A stretch of 64,000 nt of DNA from Squalus acanthias (taxonomy: Eukaryota): positions 66,900,001 to 66,964,000 of the forward strand of contig CM059432.1 in the NCBI GenBank assembly GCA_030390025.1. The letters run 5' to 3'. The notes below the pieces were generated by a model. It saw only the letters and a program-made list of their open reading frames with translations. It was not told the origin of the DNA and searched no databases. Position 1 is the stretch's first letter. Each line of letters opens with the position of its first letter. Positions 11,899 to 24,598 of the stretch are shown piece by piece. A program made the translations under genes and the position numbers.

Positions 11899-14304
11899 TC
11901 TGCTTGTACTGCAATGAAAAGCTGAGACTTCGGCCATCAGACACTGCATGATGGTTACTGGATCTGCCCAGCCCTTCCACGCTGGAAAGGATGGGCTCTA
12001 AGCTCTGCCGAAAGCCCTGTGCAAAGCTGGAGCTGGACTCCTCCATATTCCTTGACATTGAATTCAGGCTTTCTGGCAGACCTGCCAAACGCCAAGTATT
12101 TCACTGTGCATACCCATCAGTGTTCTTCTGTAGGCCGTCCCATCAAGTCCTGTGCAGCTGAACTCATGTGCGACCTCCCGCTTCGGGGAGCTGCCACCTG
12201 AGCTACCCTTTCCCCGTGCCCTGGCTACAGGCCATTCATGCTCAGCGTCTCACCATGTGCAGATCCCACGTCTAATCTATCTGCAAAGTACACTGAGTGT
12301 CAGTACCTGAGCTGATGGCTAGGAGTGTGAAATCGAGTGACTCACTCTCACTCTCCTCTCCCTCTTCATGTTGACCCACTGGCTGGGCAGGCTGGATTTC
12401 TTGGGTGTCTGAAATGAGAAAGGCACAATGGTAGAGTTGTGGTGAGGGTAGAGCAGGAAAGCAAGAGGTGCACCTTGTAAATCAGAAGAGATTATGGGAT
12501 GAGGGGGAAGGGGATGTGAGAAGGAGGATAACATATGAGGCTACCGGCATCTTCTATTCTTTCAGCCCCGTTGCTGGTCACAGGTTCAGGCATTCCCTTG
12601 CCAATAATGGCCAGCACTGCCTCCTCCAAGGGGGTGAGGTCATACAGGCAAGTCTGTCCCCCGTCGGTTATGATCTGCTGGCGCTGGTTAGGTGCCATCT
12701 TTTCCTGCAAGAGAAAAGGAAGTGTGTCAGTGAGTGTGCTGTAATGCCTTTGGGTAATGTGGCTGTCATGGTTGAATAGCTTGCAGTGTGTTCAAGCTGT
12801 GAGATGTGGGTGTGAGGCTTGCAGCAGTGGTAAGTGTGTGCGGGTGAGGTGAAGCTATGAATGTGAGGTGTGAGTCGTGTTTGGTAGGGAATTTTGGTCG
12901 GTGTGCGATGGGGGTGTGGTGCATTGAGCATTGTGTGAGGTTAGTAGTGTAGATGGTGGGATATGGCATTTGAAGATCAATTCACTGTCCTTGACCACAC
13001 GTGTGAGGTCATTAAACTTCTTCCAGTCCAGGCCCTCGGGGCTAAACTGCTGGCATTGACCACATCGGCTATCTGCTCCCACTGCAATCTGGTCTGTTGC
13101 CTGGAGGGCCTTCTGACCCCCTGTGGAAAGAGGACCTTTCTCCTGGAGTTGACATCCTGGACCAAGGACTCAAGTGCTGCATCCGAGAACCTAGGTGTAC
13201 GCTCTCCCCACTGTTGCGCCATCATTCATCTTTCTTCTCCAATGTCCTGCCAGCCAGTTCCATCAGCTGCTGCAGGCAGAATACACCTCCCCTTTAAGAG
13301 GTGCATACTGCCTTTAAGAAGTAGAGGCTAGCTTTAATTGGAGCTAGCCTTGCACGAACTTGGGCCCCTGCTGAGCATTCAGCCATTCAGCTGCGCATTC
13401 AGCACTGGGCTAAATGTTACAATCATATAAATTAGCAGGCAGCACAAAGTTTCCGTGCTGCCTGCAGTCCTCCGAACGGGTGCGGGTTGATAGCGCATCG
13501 CGATCCCCGTTCCCATTTTCAGGCCTTATCCAATTTCTAGGAGTAACATAAATTACTCAGTCCCTAATTTTGATTCATTAGCACATTTGAGAAAAGAGAA
13601 CATAAATAACCCATCTGAACTAACCTATCGTCACAGAACGTGTGGTGTATCACCACAGGGAACCTCAGGGCTGTTTATGCCTTGTGTTAAATTATTCTAC
13701 TGCACCTATTTAATTTCCTGTGCACTTACTACCACCTTAGCTTCTTATTCTTTCACTAATTCTACTCATCTGTTTGTGTGTTTAACAATGTCAGCAATTT
13801 TTTTCATAAAAAGGCTTGTGCGCTTGTACCAAATTTCTCTCCCAATTATTTTAATAGTAATATTCTTATATTAATAGCAAAAGGATCTGTTAGTTACAGT
13901 GAAACTTAGTATTAAGAAGATCAAAAACCAAAGCAGAATTCCATATATAATGTATTAAAAACTTTTTACACTGATGTTGTCTCATGACTGAGCCTCCAGC
14001 AAATAACTACAATGTAGAACAAAACCAGAAAGGGAAGAACTGATCAACAAATCCTTGTCAATTAAAAATAACTTTTGCTGCATTATAATCATGAAAAACA
14101 TTTTTTCTCATGAGCTAGTTAAGTCTGCTAAACTAACAAGGAGAATTAGACGGAATGCCTGTCTTTTTATGAAATTTTCATCCTATCATACAACACTTCA
14201 GCTTTTCAGCTCCTGTGGTTTATTTTCAGCTTTTTGTAATCACATGGGCTGTAGTATGCCTGTGAGAGAGAGGAAGTTTTATCTACAAAACTATAAATCT
14301 TAGT

Positions 14305-16393
14305 CAGAGTGACCACCGCACAGTCATTGTGGAGACGAAGTCCCGTCTTCATACTGAGGACACCCTCCATCATGTTGCATGGCACTACCACCGTGCTAAA
14401 TGGGATAGATTCAAATCTAGCAGCTCAAAACTGGGCATCCATGAGGTGCTGTGGGCATCAGCAGTAGTACTATTGTGTTCCACCACAATCTGTAACCTCA
14501 TGACTCGGCATATCCCTCACTCTACCATCAACATCAAACCAGGCGACCAACCCTGGTTCAATGAACAGTGTAGAAGAGCATGCCAGGATCAATGTCAGGT
14601 GTACCTGAAAATGAGGTGCCAACCTGGTGAAGCTACAACACATGAAGCTACAACATGCATGCAAAACAGTGGAAGCTGCATGCTATAGACAGAGCGAAGC
14701 GATCCCATAACCAACGGATCACATCAAAGCTCTGCAGTCAAACCACATTCAGTCGTGAATGGTGGTGAACAATTAAACAACTAACGGGGGGAGGAGGCTC
14801 CATGAACATCCCCATCCTCAATTTTGGCAGAGTCCAGCATGTGAGTGCTAAGGACAAGGCTGAAGAATTCACAACCATCTTCAGCCTGAAGTGCCGAGTG
14901 GATGATTCATCTTGGCCTCCTCCTGAGGTCTCCACCATCACAGATGCCAGTCTTCAGCCAATTCGATTCACTCCACGTGATAGCAAGAAATGGATGATTA
15001 CACTGGATACAGCAAAGGCTATTGGCCCCGACAACATCCCAGCTATCATGCTGAAGACTTGTGCTCCAGAACTAGCCACGCCTCTAGCCAAGCTGTTCCA
15101 GTGCAGCTACAACACTGGCTTCTATCTGACAAAGTGGAAAATTGCCCAGGTATGTCCTGTCCACAAAGAGCAGGACAAATCCATCCAGCCAATTACCACT
15201 CCATCAGCTTACTCTCAATCATCAGCAAATTGATGGAAGTTTCTTCGACAGTGGTTATCAAGCGGCACTTACTCACCAATAACTTGCTCACCGATGCTCA
15301 GTTTGGGGTCTGCCAGGATCACTCAGCTCCAGGCCTAGGTTCGAACATGGACAAAAGAGCTGAATTCTAGAGCTGAGGTGAGAGTGACTGCCCTTGACAT
15401 CAAGGCAGCATTTGACCCAGTGTGGCACCAAGGACCCCTAGTAAAATTGAAGCCAATGGGGATCAGGGGGAAAACAGTTCACTTCTGGAGTCATACCTAG
15501 CACAAAGAAAGATGGCTGTGGTTGTTGGAGGCCAATTATCTCAGCCCCAGGACATTGCTGCAGGAGTTCCTCAGGGCAGTGTCCTAGGCCCAACCATCTT
15601 CAGTTGATTTATTAATGACCATCCCTCAACCAAAAGGTCACAAGTGGGGATGTTCACTGATGATTGCACAGTTTTCAGTTGTATTCGCAATTCCCAGATA
15701 ATGAAGCAGTTTGTGCCCACATGCAGATAGACCTGGACAATATCCAGCCTTGGGCTGAAAGTACAAAGTAACATTCGCGCCACACAAATGCCAGGCAATG
15801 ACCATCTCCACCAAGAGAGAGTCAAACCACCACCCGTTGACATTCAACGGCATTACCATCACCGAATCCCACACCATCAACATCCTGGGGGTCACCATTG
15901 ACCAGAAACTTAACTGGACCAGCCACATAAATACTGTGGCTACAAGAGCAGGTCAGAGGTTGGGTATTCTGCGGTGAGTGTCTCATCGCCTGACTCCCCA
16001 AAGCCTTTCCACCATCTACAAGGCACAAGTCAGGATGTGATGGAATACTCTCCACTTGCCTGGATGAGTGCAACTCAAACAACACTCAAGAAGCTCGACA
16101 CCATCCAGGACAAAGCAGCCCGCTTGATTGGCATCCCATCCACCACCTTAAACATTCACTCCCTCCACCACCGGCGTACCGTGGCTGCAGTGTGTACTAT
16201 CTACAAGATGCACTGCAACAACTCGCCAAGGCTTCTTCGGCACCACCTCCCAAACCCGCGACCTCTTCCACCTAGAAGGACAAGGGCAGCAGGCACATGA
16301 GAACACCACCACCTGCAAGTTCCCCTTCAAGTCACACACCATCCTGACTTGGAAATATATCACCGTTTCTTCATCCTTGCTGGGTCAAAATCT
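14305..16393 (+). mobile_element. CR1/L2-group LINE (second family), degenerate RT, truncated at both ends
   Basis: KAIGPDNIPAIMLKTCAPELATPLAKLFQ, GVPQGSVLGPTIFS, MEYSPLAWMSA; same family as 51980-58270. Confidence 0.88.
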
Positions 16394-16962
16394 CCTGCCT
16401 TAAAGAAGTACCAGCTATTACATTAAAAAATGTTTTGCTCTTTTTAACAGAGTGTTATTAAAATCATCACATGTTACCACAGTGAGATAGGCAGCAATTT
16501 TGGACTTGGGCTAGAAATTCATTATAGCCCAGGAATGGGCAGTATCATTAGAAAAGTTGGAGAATTAGCGCCAGGTGCTAATGCTTTAGACCGCACACAA
16601 AATTCGTGCCCACTGCTCAAAGAAATGATTGGAGTCCTAGGGGGAGAAATTTGCTATCGCCCCAATTGGGGCGCAAAATTTTGGCGCCAGGCGCTAATGA
16701 ATCTGAGGTTCCTCTAAATTGGCTGTTAGCGCTCCAGGAGAGAGCTGGAGCACTAAATCAAGTGCTAATGACCTCAGTAGGGTGCCACTGGGGCGCTACC
16801 AGCAGATCAATGATGAATTTCAGGTTCACTGCAATCAGGAATGATCCTTCACATTGGCGCCTTCCAGCTCTTAAAGGGGAGGTTGCATCATTGTGCAGAT
16901 CCTCATTATCAGCATTTTTGGCTGTGAAGGCGAACTGCAAGCAACTGAATCCCCTGATCGTG

Positions 16963-18852
16963 ATGGCTGATCCCACTCCCAGGGAGAGAGCTCGTCATTT
17001 CACGGACGAGGCATTGAAGGCATTGGTCACGGGAGTGGAGCAAAGGAGGGCAGTGCTGTTCCCGGACACTGGAAGGAGGACATTGCCCCAGGCCTTCAGG
17101 GCAATGTGGAGGGAAGTGGCCCAGGAGGTCTCGGCCACTAGTGTGGTCGTACACAGCCTGGCACAGTCCCGGAAGAAAATCAACGACCTCACTCGGGTGG
17201 TCAAGGTGAGTACATGCTTCAACAGGTCCTACGTACCACCATCTGAACCTCAGTCTGTACACGCTGCACAAAGTACCACACCCCCACCACTCACCCACCA
17301 AGCATCTGCACCTACTCAAACTCACATCCACATCTCACACCTTGCCTACAGTCACAGTTATTCAACTACAGCAGGCATATCTCCCAAACACATAGCTGGA
17401 CTCTGACTCACACACATTCGTTTCTCTTGCAGGCCAAGATGGCTCACAATAGGAGGGAGCAGCAGAGAACAGGCGGGGTGATGTGCAGCTCCAGCAGCTT
17501 TCAGACCTGGAGGAGCGAGTGCTGCGACTCATTGGGCAGCAGGTGGTGGGTGCTGTGGCCGTCGACAATGTCGACCCCCTTGGGGACAACAACGGTATGT
17601 TCATCCCCTCTCCTTCTCTCATCCCAATTCCCCCTCACAGCACAAACCTTTCCCACTTTCCAGCTCCTGATACTGTCTGCATACCTTGCTCCCTTCCTGC
17701 CCCACTGTCCTCACCTTAAAGTGAGTCTTGTGCCTTTATGCTTTCAGAGAATCAGCAACCAGATGACCAGCCTGTCCCTGAGCCCCCCACTGAGAGGAAG
17801 GAGAAGAGGAGGAGGAGGAGCAGGGGCAAAGCACCACGTCACTGTATCTCTCACCCGCAGGCACCACCTCAGATACGGGCACTACCCGATCTTTAGAGGC
17901 AAGTTTAGTAGAGGGGTCTGCACTGGGTGATGCACCAGGGATGAGTGGGCTGCAGCAAGGCCAGGGGGAAAGGGTAGCTCGGGAGCCAGCTCCCCGGAGG
18001 GTGGGTTCGTGCGTGAGTTCTGCTGCACTGGACTCAGATGAGGACCTCGATGGGGAGGCGTTCACAAGAAGGGTGATGGGCATGATAGATGCAATGGCAA
18101 GGATGCCCGAGAGCCTGTCAGTAATGATAAGGAGCGTGGAGGAGTCCATCTCCAACATTGCACAGAGCTCTGCGCACACCATGGAGCCCATCCTTGGCAA
18201 TCTGCCAAGGATGGTGGACTCCCTGAGAGACCATGGGGACCCAGACCTCATGCCGTGTGTCATGGGCGATGTGGCAGCATCCATTGCAGCACAGGCGGAA
18301 GCCACACAATGTCTTAGTGTTGTAATGCAGTCAATGGTTGATGCCATCCAGTCTCAGACTGCTCTCGTGCAGTCTCAGCTTGATGCCACAAAAGCTCTGA
18401 CTGCTGCCATCATCGCTGGGACCACCACAGTCCACCGGGGATCTCACAGAGTCGCAGCAGCCCAGCAATCTGTGAAGCAGCAGATTGGTGGGGATGCTGA
18501 GGTGCTTCCCCGGGGCAGTGGTTTAATGGAGCAGGAACCTGCTGTTCTCTCTCAGAATGACAGCATTCCTGCTCCCACCACTACCATTCTGCCATTGCCC
18601 TTGCTGCTGCCTGTCATCCAGCCAGGCCAGACTGCCGCCACCCAGCCTGAGGTGATGCAGTGTGCAGCCGGGCCTTCCAGGCCCAGAGCTGGTCGAGAGC
18701 GTCCTGCAAGGCCATCTGTAGTCTCTGGCACTGACACTCAGCAGCCTTCCACCAGCCCTGCTGCAGTCACTGGGGAGACACTACGTAGGAGCACTAGATT
18801 AGGAAAAGGCACTGTAAACAGGGCAAGTAAGGGTTTGCACCAGGGTCATTAG
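16963..18852 (+). pseudogene. Copy D Myb/SANT-like gene (exons 16963-17205, 17433-17594, 17748-18852), frameshifts in exons 2 and 3
   Basis: MADPTPRERARHFTDEALKALV..RKKINDLTRVVK|gtgagt; canonical GT-AG sites; 303-aa exon 3 ORF. Confidence 0.88.
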
Positions 18853-19016
18853 TTAATATTGTTGTTGTATATATGTGCTTACTGATTGTGTATAAATTTA
18901 TTATTGGAATGTTGCAGAAGTGGTGCTGTGTCTCATTTCAGCTTTGAGCTGTAGTATGGAATGAGAAATTGATGGAATGATGAGGAATGGATGAGCAACT
19001 GGGAAGTGGCCTCGAA

Positions 19017-19699
19017 TTCATTGGAACCGCAGTCTGATGAGGCGGTCACGGACGATGGAGTGCCTGGATCCTCCGTCGCTGCTGTTTGTGCTCCTGTTCC
19101 TCCTCGTCCTCATCCTCATCCTCCTCCTCCTCCTCCTCTTCTGCCTCCTGAGGTGGTACGGCTATGCCTGGTGGCAATGGCTGCACCCTCATGATGGCCA
19201 AGTTGTGCAGCATGCAGCAGACGATGACAAAAAGGAACGCCCGCTCAGCCGGGTACTGGCGGGCTCCACCCGAGCAGTCAAGGCAGTGGAACCGTTATTT
19301 GAGTGCTCCGATGGTCTGCTCAATTATGTTCCTGGTGGCAGCATGGCTCTCATTGTAAGAGTGTTGGGCAGGAGTGCTGGGGTTGCGTAGAAATTGAGGG
19401 CGACAGTGACCATGACTGCCATTGAGAGAGACATGGTGCTCCTGATGTGATTCTCGAGGTCTGGCTGCAGGAGATGGCAGAGCTCTGTGACCATGTCCTT
19501 GGTGAAGCGGAGCCTTCTAAGACACTGCTCCTCAGTGAGATTGATGTAGGAGAAATGCTGCCAGAATACCCTGGGAGGGTAAGGCCTCCTGCTGAGAGCC
19601 CTGTTGGCCCGCCTCCCTCTGGCCACATTTTGGCAATCTTTCTCTCTGCCTCCAACGGTGACACTGGAGGGTGAGGTCCAGTGCCAGTACAGCCCCCAT
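19017..19699 (-). pseudogene. Copy D transposase with the catalytic core deleted (junction ~19385)
   Basis: N-terminal YPPRVF..CLRRLRFTK..VALNFYA joined directly to the [10 protein letters not shown] region. Confidence 0.88.
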
Positions 19700-20402
19700 T
19701 AAAGGATGGAAATGTTGCACTATCAAATGTAACCCAAATGAAAGTGATAAATTTTTCTCAGCCAGAATACTCCTTCAAGTTGAGAATGCTCAAATCGCTC
19801 AAAACGCCTGTTTGCTTTTGTCAAACTGACAAGGCAGCATTCTTTGCCGCCAAAACCCCCAGAACTTTACACTTTTATATAGCGCTCCTCCAGCGCTCAT
19901 CTGACTGCATTCCGCCTCCTCTACCTATTGTTGCTAACGGCAGGCGCTCAGGCAGGAGGCAAGAGTGAATTTCAGAGCCGGGACACTGCGCACCCAAATG
20001 ACGTCATGATCTCCGGGCACAGAAGATCGTGACGCTAGTGGTTACCATCGCCACAAACCTCCACCTCAATTTCGTGGGCGTCGGTACAATCGTCGCGCCT
20101 GGTCGCAAAGCCAGTAGCGCCCCGTTTGCACACCCGGAGGCGCTAACAGGAGGCGCTAAGGTGCCCAATTTCTCCCCCCAATTCAAGTCTTTAAGCCCAG
20201 GCTCATTGGCGTTACACTCAAAGGGTGGACCAATATGCAGTCTAATCGCAAGTCATGATTGTCACAGGCTTTTTTCAGTACTTAAAGGGGTGGTTAATTG
20301 AAGCTGCAGAACCTCATTCTCAGCATTGCTGGCTGTGCAGCTGCCTCAGCAAGCAGCAGCAGGTCAAGGAGAAGGAGCCAGAGGACTGAACCAGCTGTAC
20401 GC

Positions 20403-21746
20403 ATGGCAGATCCACGCCCCAGGGAGAGAGCCTGCAGATTCAGCGATCAAACATTGGAGGCGTTGGTCTTCGCTGTGGAGAGATGGAGGGCAGTGTTGTA
20501 CCCGGCAAGTGGCAGGAGGCCCTCGCCGCAAGTCTTCCGTGCCATGTGGAGGGAGGTAGCGCTGCATGTCTCGGGCAGCACTGTGGTCCCCAGGACCCAC
20601 ACACAGTGCAGGAAGAAATTTAATGACCTCACTCGGGTGGTCAGGGTGAGTGAATGATTCAATGAAAGCTACATACCATCGTCTGAACCACAGTCTGCAC
20701 ACACTGCCCAAAGCACCACACCCCCAGCACTCACCCACCAACAATCTCTATCTACCAATACTCACACTCACATCGCACACTTTGCACACAATGGCAGCTA
20801 TTCAACCATGGCAGGCACATCACCCAAACACATTGCTGCACACTCACTCACACACTTTCCTTTCTCTTGCAGGAGGGAGCAGGAGTGCACAGGCGGGGGA
20901 CAAGCCAACACCCAACCACAGTCTGCGCTGGAAAATCGAGTGCTGCAGATTATTGGGCGCCAGGTGGTGGGCACCGTGGCCACCAGCGACGTTGACCCCC
21001 TTGGGAACAACAACGGTATATTCATCCCACTTCTCCCTTACCCCACAAGCGTTTTGCACTTTTCAGCTAATCATGCTGTATGCATGCATGTCTACTTTCC
21101 TGACCCACTTCCCTCACCTTAACCCGACTCCTGTGCCTTTATGCTTTCAGATAATCAGCAACCACCTGAGTAGCCTGTCCCTGAGGGAGCGACGCAACGT
21201 CTTAGTGCTGTAATGCAGTCTATGCTTGGTGGCATCCAATCTCAGACTGCTCTCATGCAGTCTCAGCTTGATGCCATGCAAGCTCTGAGTGCTGCCATCA
21301 TGGCTGGGTCTACCACCGTCGACCAGGGCTTTCACGGTGTCGCAACAGGCCCGCAATCTGTGCTCCAACAGATTGCTAGGGATGCTGAGGTGCTGCCCTG
21401 GGGGAGTGGCAGTGGGTCAGTGAAGCCGGAACCTGCTGTCCTCTCTCAGGATGACAGCATTCCTGCTCCCATCACTGCCACTCTGCCATTGGCCTTATTG
21501 CTGCTTGTCATCCAGCCAGCCCAGACTGCTGCCACTCATGCTGAAGTGGTGCAGTGTACAGCCAGGCCTTCCAGGCCCAGAGCTGGTCGAGAGCGTCCTG
21601 CAAGGCCATCTGAAGTCTCCCGCATGGACACTCAGCAGCCTTCCACCAGCCGTGCTGCAGCCACTGGGCCTACACTTCGTAGGAGCACTAGAGTAGGTAA
21701 AGGCACAGTAACGACAGGCGCTAAGGGATTGCACAAGGGTGAATAG
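20403..21746 (+). pseudogene. Copy C Myb/SANT-like gene with internal deletions
   Basis: MADPRPRERACRFSDQTLEALV..QCRKKFNDLTRVVR|gtgagt; start of exon 2 and middle of exon 3 (~21187) missing relative to copy D. Confidence 0.85.
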
Positions 21747-21910
21747 TTAATATTTTTGTTGTAAATATGTATTCACTGACTATTGATAAATTTATTATTT
21801 CAGTATGGATTCTTTTGTGTTGTGTATAATTTCAGCTTTGCGCTGTGACAGGGCCTGCGACTGGGATGGAATGATGGGAATGTGGTGAGCAACGAGGATC
21901 TGGGGTTTAA

Positions 21911-23073
21911 TTCATTCGAACCGCAGTCTGATGAGGCAGTCACGGACTGCCCTTCTGGAAGGCCGATTGAGTGTCTGCCTCCTCCCTCACTCCTTTTCCT
22001 CCTCCTCATCCTCCTCCTCATCCTCCTTTCCCTCTTCCTCATCCTGAGGTGGTCCCGCAGCTGGCAAGGGCTGGGACCCTCATGATGGCCAGATTGTGGA
22101 GCATGCAGCAGACCACCACAAAATGGGACACCCACTCAACCGAGTACTGGAGGGCTCCTCCCGAGCTGTCAAGGCAGCGGAACCGTTGCTTGAGCACGCC
22201 GATGATCTGCTCGATGATGTTCCTGGTGGCGGCATGGCTCTCATTATATGAATGCTGGGCAGGAGTGTTGGGGTTGTGGAGGGGAGTCATGAGCCAGGTG
22301 GAGAGCGGATAGCCCTTGTCTCCGACCAGCCAGCGGCAAGCTTAATGTGGCGGCTGGAAGAATGCTGGCACACCGGTCTGGAGCAGGATGAAGGCATTGT
22401 GGCTGCTGCCAGGATAGCGGGCATTCACATTGAGGATTCATTGTGGTCGCACATCAACTGCACATTAAGTGAGTGGTAGCCTTTGTGGTTATGGAAGATG
22501 TCAGGATTGTTATGCAGTGCCCACAAAGCCACATGGGTGCAGTCAATGTCGCCCTGCACCATGGGGAAACCCGTTATCCTGGCAAAGCCACATGCACGCT
22601 CGTCCTGCTTCTCTCTGGTGATGGGGAAGGAAATGTAATCCCTTCTCCTACTGTTGAGAGCCTCTGTGACCTCACGGATGTAGCAATGGCCGGCGAACTG
22701 CGAGATGTTAGCTATGCCTCCTGTTGGAGACTGGAAGGATCCACTAGCGAAGGAATTGAGGGCGATGGTGATCCTGACAGCCACTGAGAGAGCTGTGGTC
22801 GTCCTAATCTGAGGCTGGAGGACTGGTTGCAGGAGGTGGCAGAGTTCTCTGACTACCTCCTTGGTGAAGCAGTGCCTTCTAATACACTGCTCCTCGCTTA
22901 ATTGCAGGTAGGAGAAGTGCTCTCAGAATACCCTCAGAGGGTAAAGGCCTCCTGTTGAGAGCCCTGATGGTCCTCCTCCTCCCTCAGGGCACATGTTCCT
23001 GTCTTTTTTGCTGCCTCCGCTCCCTCCGCTATAGATCCTGGAGGGTGAGGTCAACTGCCAGTACAGCCCTCAT
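21911..23073 (-). pseudogene. Copy C transposase, frameshifted
   Basis: [45 protein letters not shown]. Confidence 0.92.
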
Positions 23074-24598
23074 TAATATAACCAAGTGTAGCAGTTTGAT
23101 TTTTTAAAGAATAAATGTAGCTACTTTTTAGTTGCCACAACACTTCTGATACTAAATAACCTTGAAATTACAGAATGAGACTGTTGGACTATGTGAAACT
23201 GACAAGAAAGCACTGAAACTGCACTAACCTACAGCTGCGACTCATTATGGATGACCCTTTAAATAACATCCCTGGAGCCGGCTTCCTGGTGCTTCATGCC
23301 AGCTCACCCTGTCGCTGTTTACTCCGGGCTCTAAGGTGACAATCAATTTCACAGATCGGGCGGCCAGTGAGCGTTGCACACTCACTGACGTCACAATCCA
23401 CCTGGTTTTGAGGCTCCTGGCAATAACTGTTAGTGGCAGTGCTGTGGCGAGGAGGGGGGGATTTGGCATGCGACATTGGATTTGCCTCGCCCCGCCGATA
23501 TTGTTTTAGACATCTTCTGGTGCTAAGGGGGGGGGGGGGGGGGGGGGTGTGGGCAGGTGCGCTAAGGTACCAAATTTTTCCCCCTTAAGATTTTACAAAT
23601 TTGTATTCCTGACACAAAACTCCACACTGGGAAGTGCAAATTTATAAAATCTATCCTTTAGTGCCCACTGCAAATCCATTATACCTAGTTCTCAGTTATA
23701 TCATCTCCAAATTCCACCAGAAAAAGGTTATCTATTATTAATAAGCTTTCTAGCCAGGCATTGTCCTAATACACTTTCAGTATTTGTTAACAAGGTCAGT
23801 TACATGTTAATTCTTACCTTTACTTATCTAGGCCAGCAGTTCTTTCAAATGCAAACAGAGAATTAAATGCTGTACTGCCTGATTCATTTATAGCTTTCCT
23901 ATATCAGGGCTTCATATTTAGGTATGTACAGAAAGCTTGCACTAAAGAAAGAAAAAAATTGTAATGAAGAAAATGCCCAAAAATATTCAGTGAAATTCTT
24001 GTTTATTTACATCAAAGAAGTGCCTAATATGTCATACAACTTATAACTACTGGCTATATATACCCTGTCACACCCTTCTCCTGTTTCTAAGTGCCTGTAT
24101 AGTTGCATTTAGTGGAGGAAACAGAGCATCATTGTCTGAATCTACTGATGGTAAACTAGGGAAGATAGGTGGCACACGTGCCCCTCTTAGATGACTTTGC
24201 CTCAGGGACATTTATTCATTTTGCTGTTCACACGAGGATATACTGGTTTAAGGCCTCCATTCGATAGATGTTCAGCATTCTATGGATACCATCTCAGGCA
24301 CCACGAGTACCCACATCTCACTTCAAATATTGAAAGCCTTTTTTTGCAGTGTACAACATCCATGTAGTTATTAAAGTGTCTTAAGCCAGTGTTGATGGCC
24401 CCCAAATATCTGTGAAGGCCATGTGCAGAGCAAAATGCAATCTTTCCTTGTAGCTGGTTCACAATTTTCAGATGATACAATAGCTTTAATCTCGTTGAAA
24501 CAAATCAGCTGCGCCGACTGCTAACTAAACACAGCCAGTTCCATTTCCATTGTGGCAGTCCATGCCCCAGTGTCCTGTGAAAAGCCCGATGGCATATT

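Larger units (their letters stand above)
6624..13225 (-). pseudogene. Harbinger copy B Myb/SANT-like gene, exon 3 split by the RTE insertion
   Basis: MAQQWGERTPRFSDAALESLVQDV; exon 2 EKMAPNQRQQIITDGG; exon 3 halves rejoin across the RTE TSD (..MAEVSA / VQAEATQCLSVAMEAQT). Confidence 0.85.
4784..13542 (+). mobile_element. Harbinger copy B (transposase +, Myb -), interrupted by an RTE LINE; ends approximate
   Basis: Degenerate TIRs agactagaaatt (~4784) and aatttctagg (~13532); convergent gene pair inside. Confidence 0.75.
16640..20178 (+). mobile_element. Harbinger copy D (Myb +, internally deleted transposase -)
   Basis: Perfect TIR GGGGGAGAAATT / AATTTCTCCCCC; flanks CTA / CAA. Confidence 0.9.
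16508..23584 (+). mobile_element. Harbinger copy C (Myb +, transposase -) with copy D nested ~130 bp from its left end
   Basis: GGGCTAGAAATT at 16508 and AATTTTTCCCCC ending 23584; TSD not clean. Confidence 0.72.

Noticed and set aside
11059..11951. Long Pro/Arg/Ser-rich ORFs on both strands
   Set aside because: Artefacts of the stop-free 19-bp minisatellite
13545..14300. AT-rich unique stretch with short ORFs
   Set aside because: No recognisable coding, RNA or repeat structure
23526..23547. Poly-G tracts (also ~10222, ~35183) as functional G-quadruplexes
   Set aside because: Homopolymer expansions within TE copies, not conserved between copies, and prone to sequencing error
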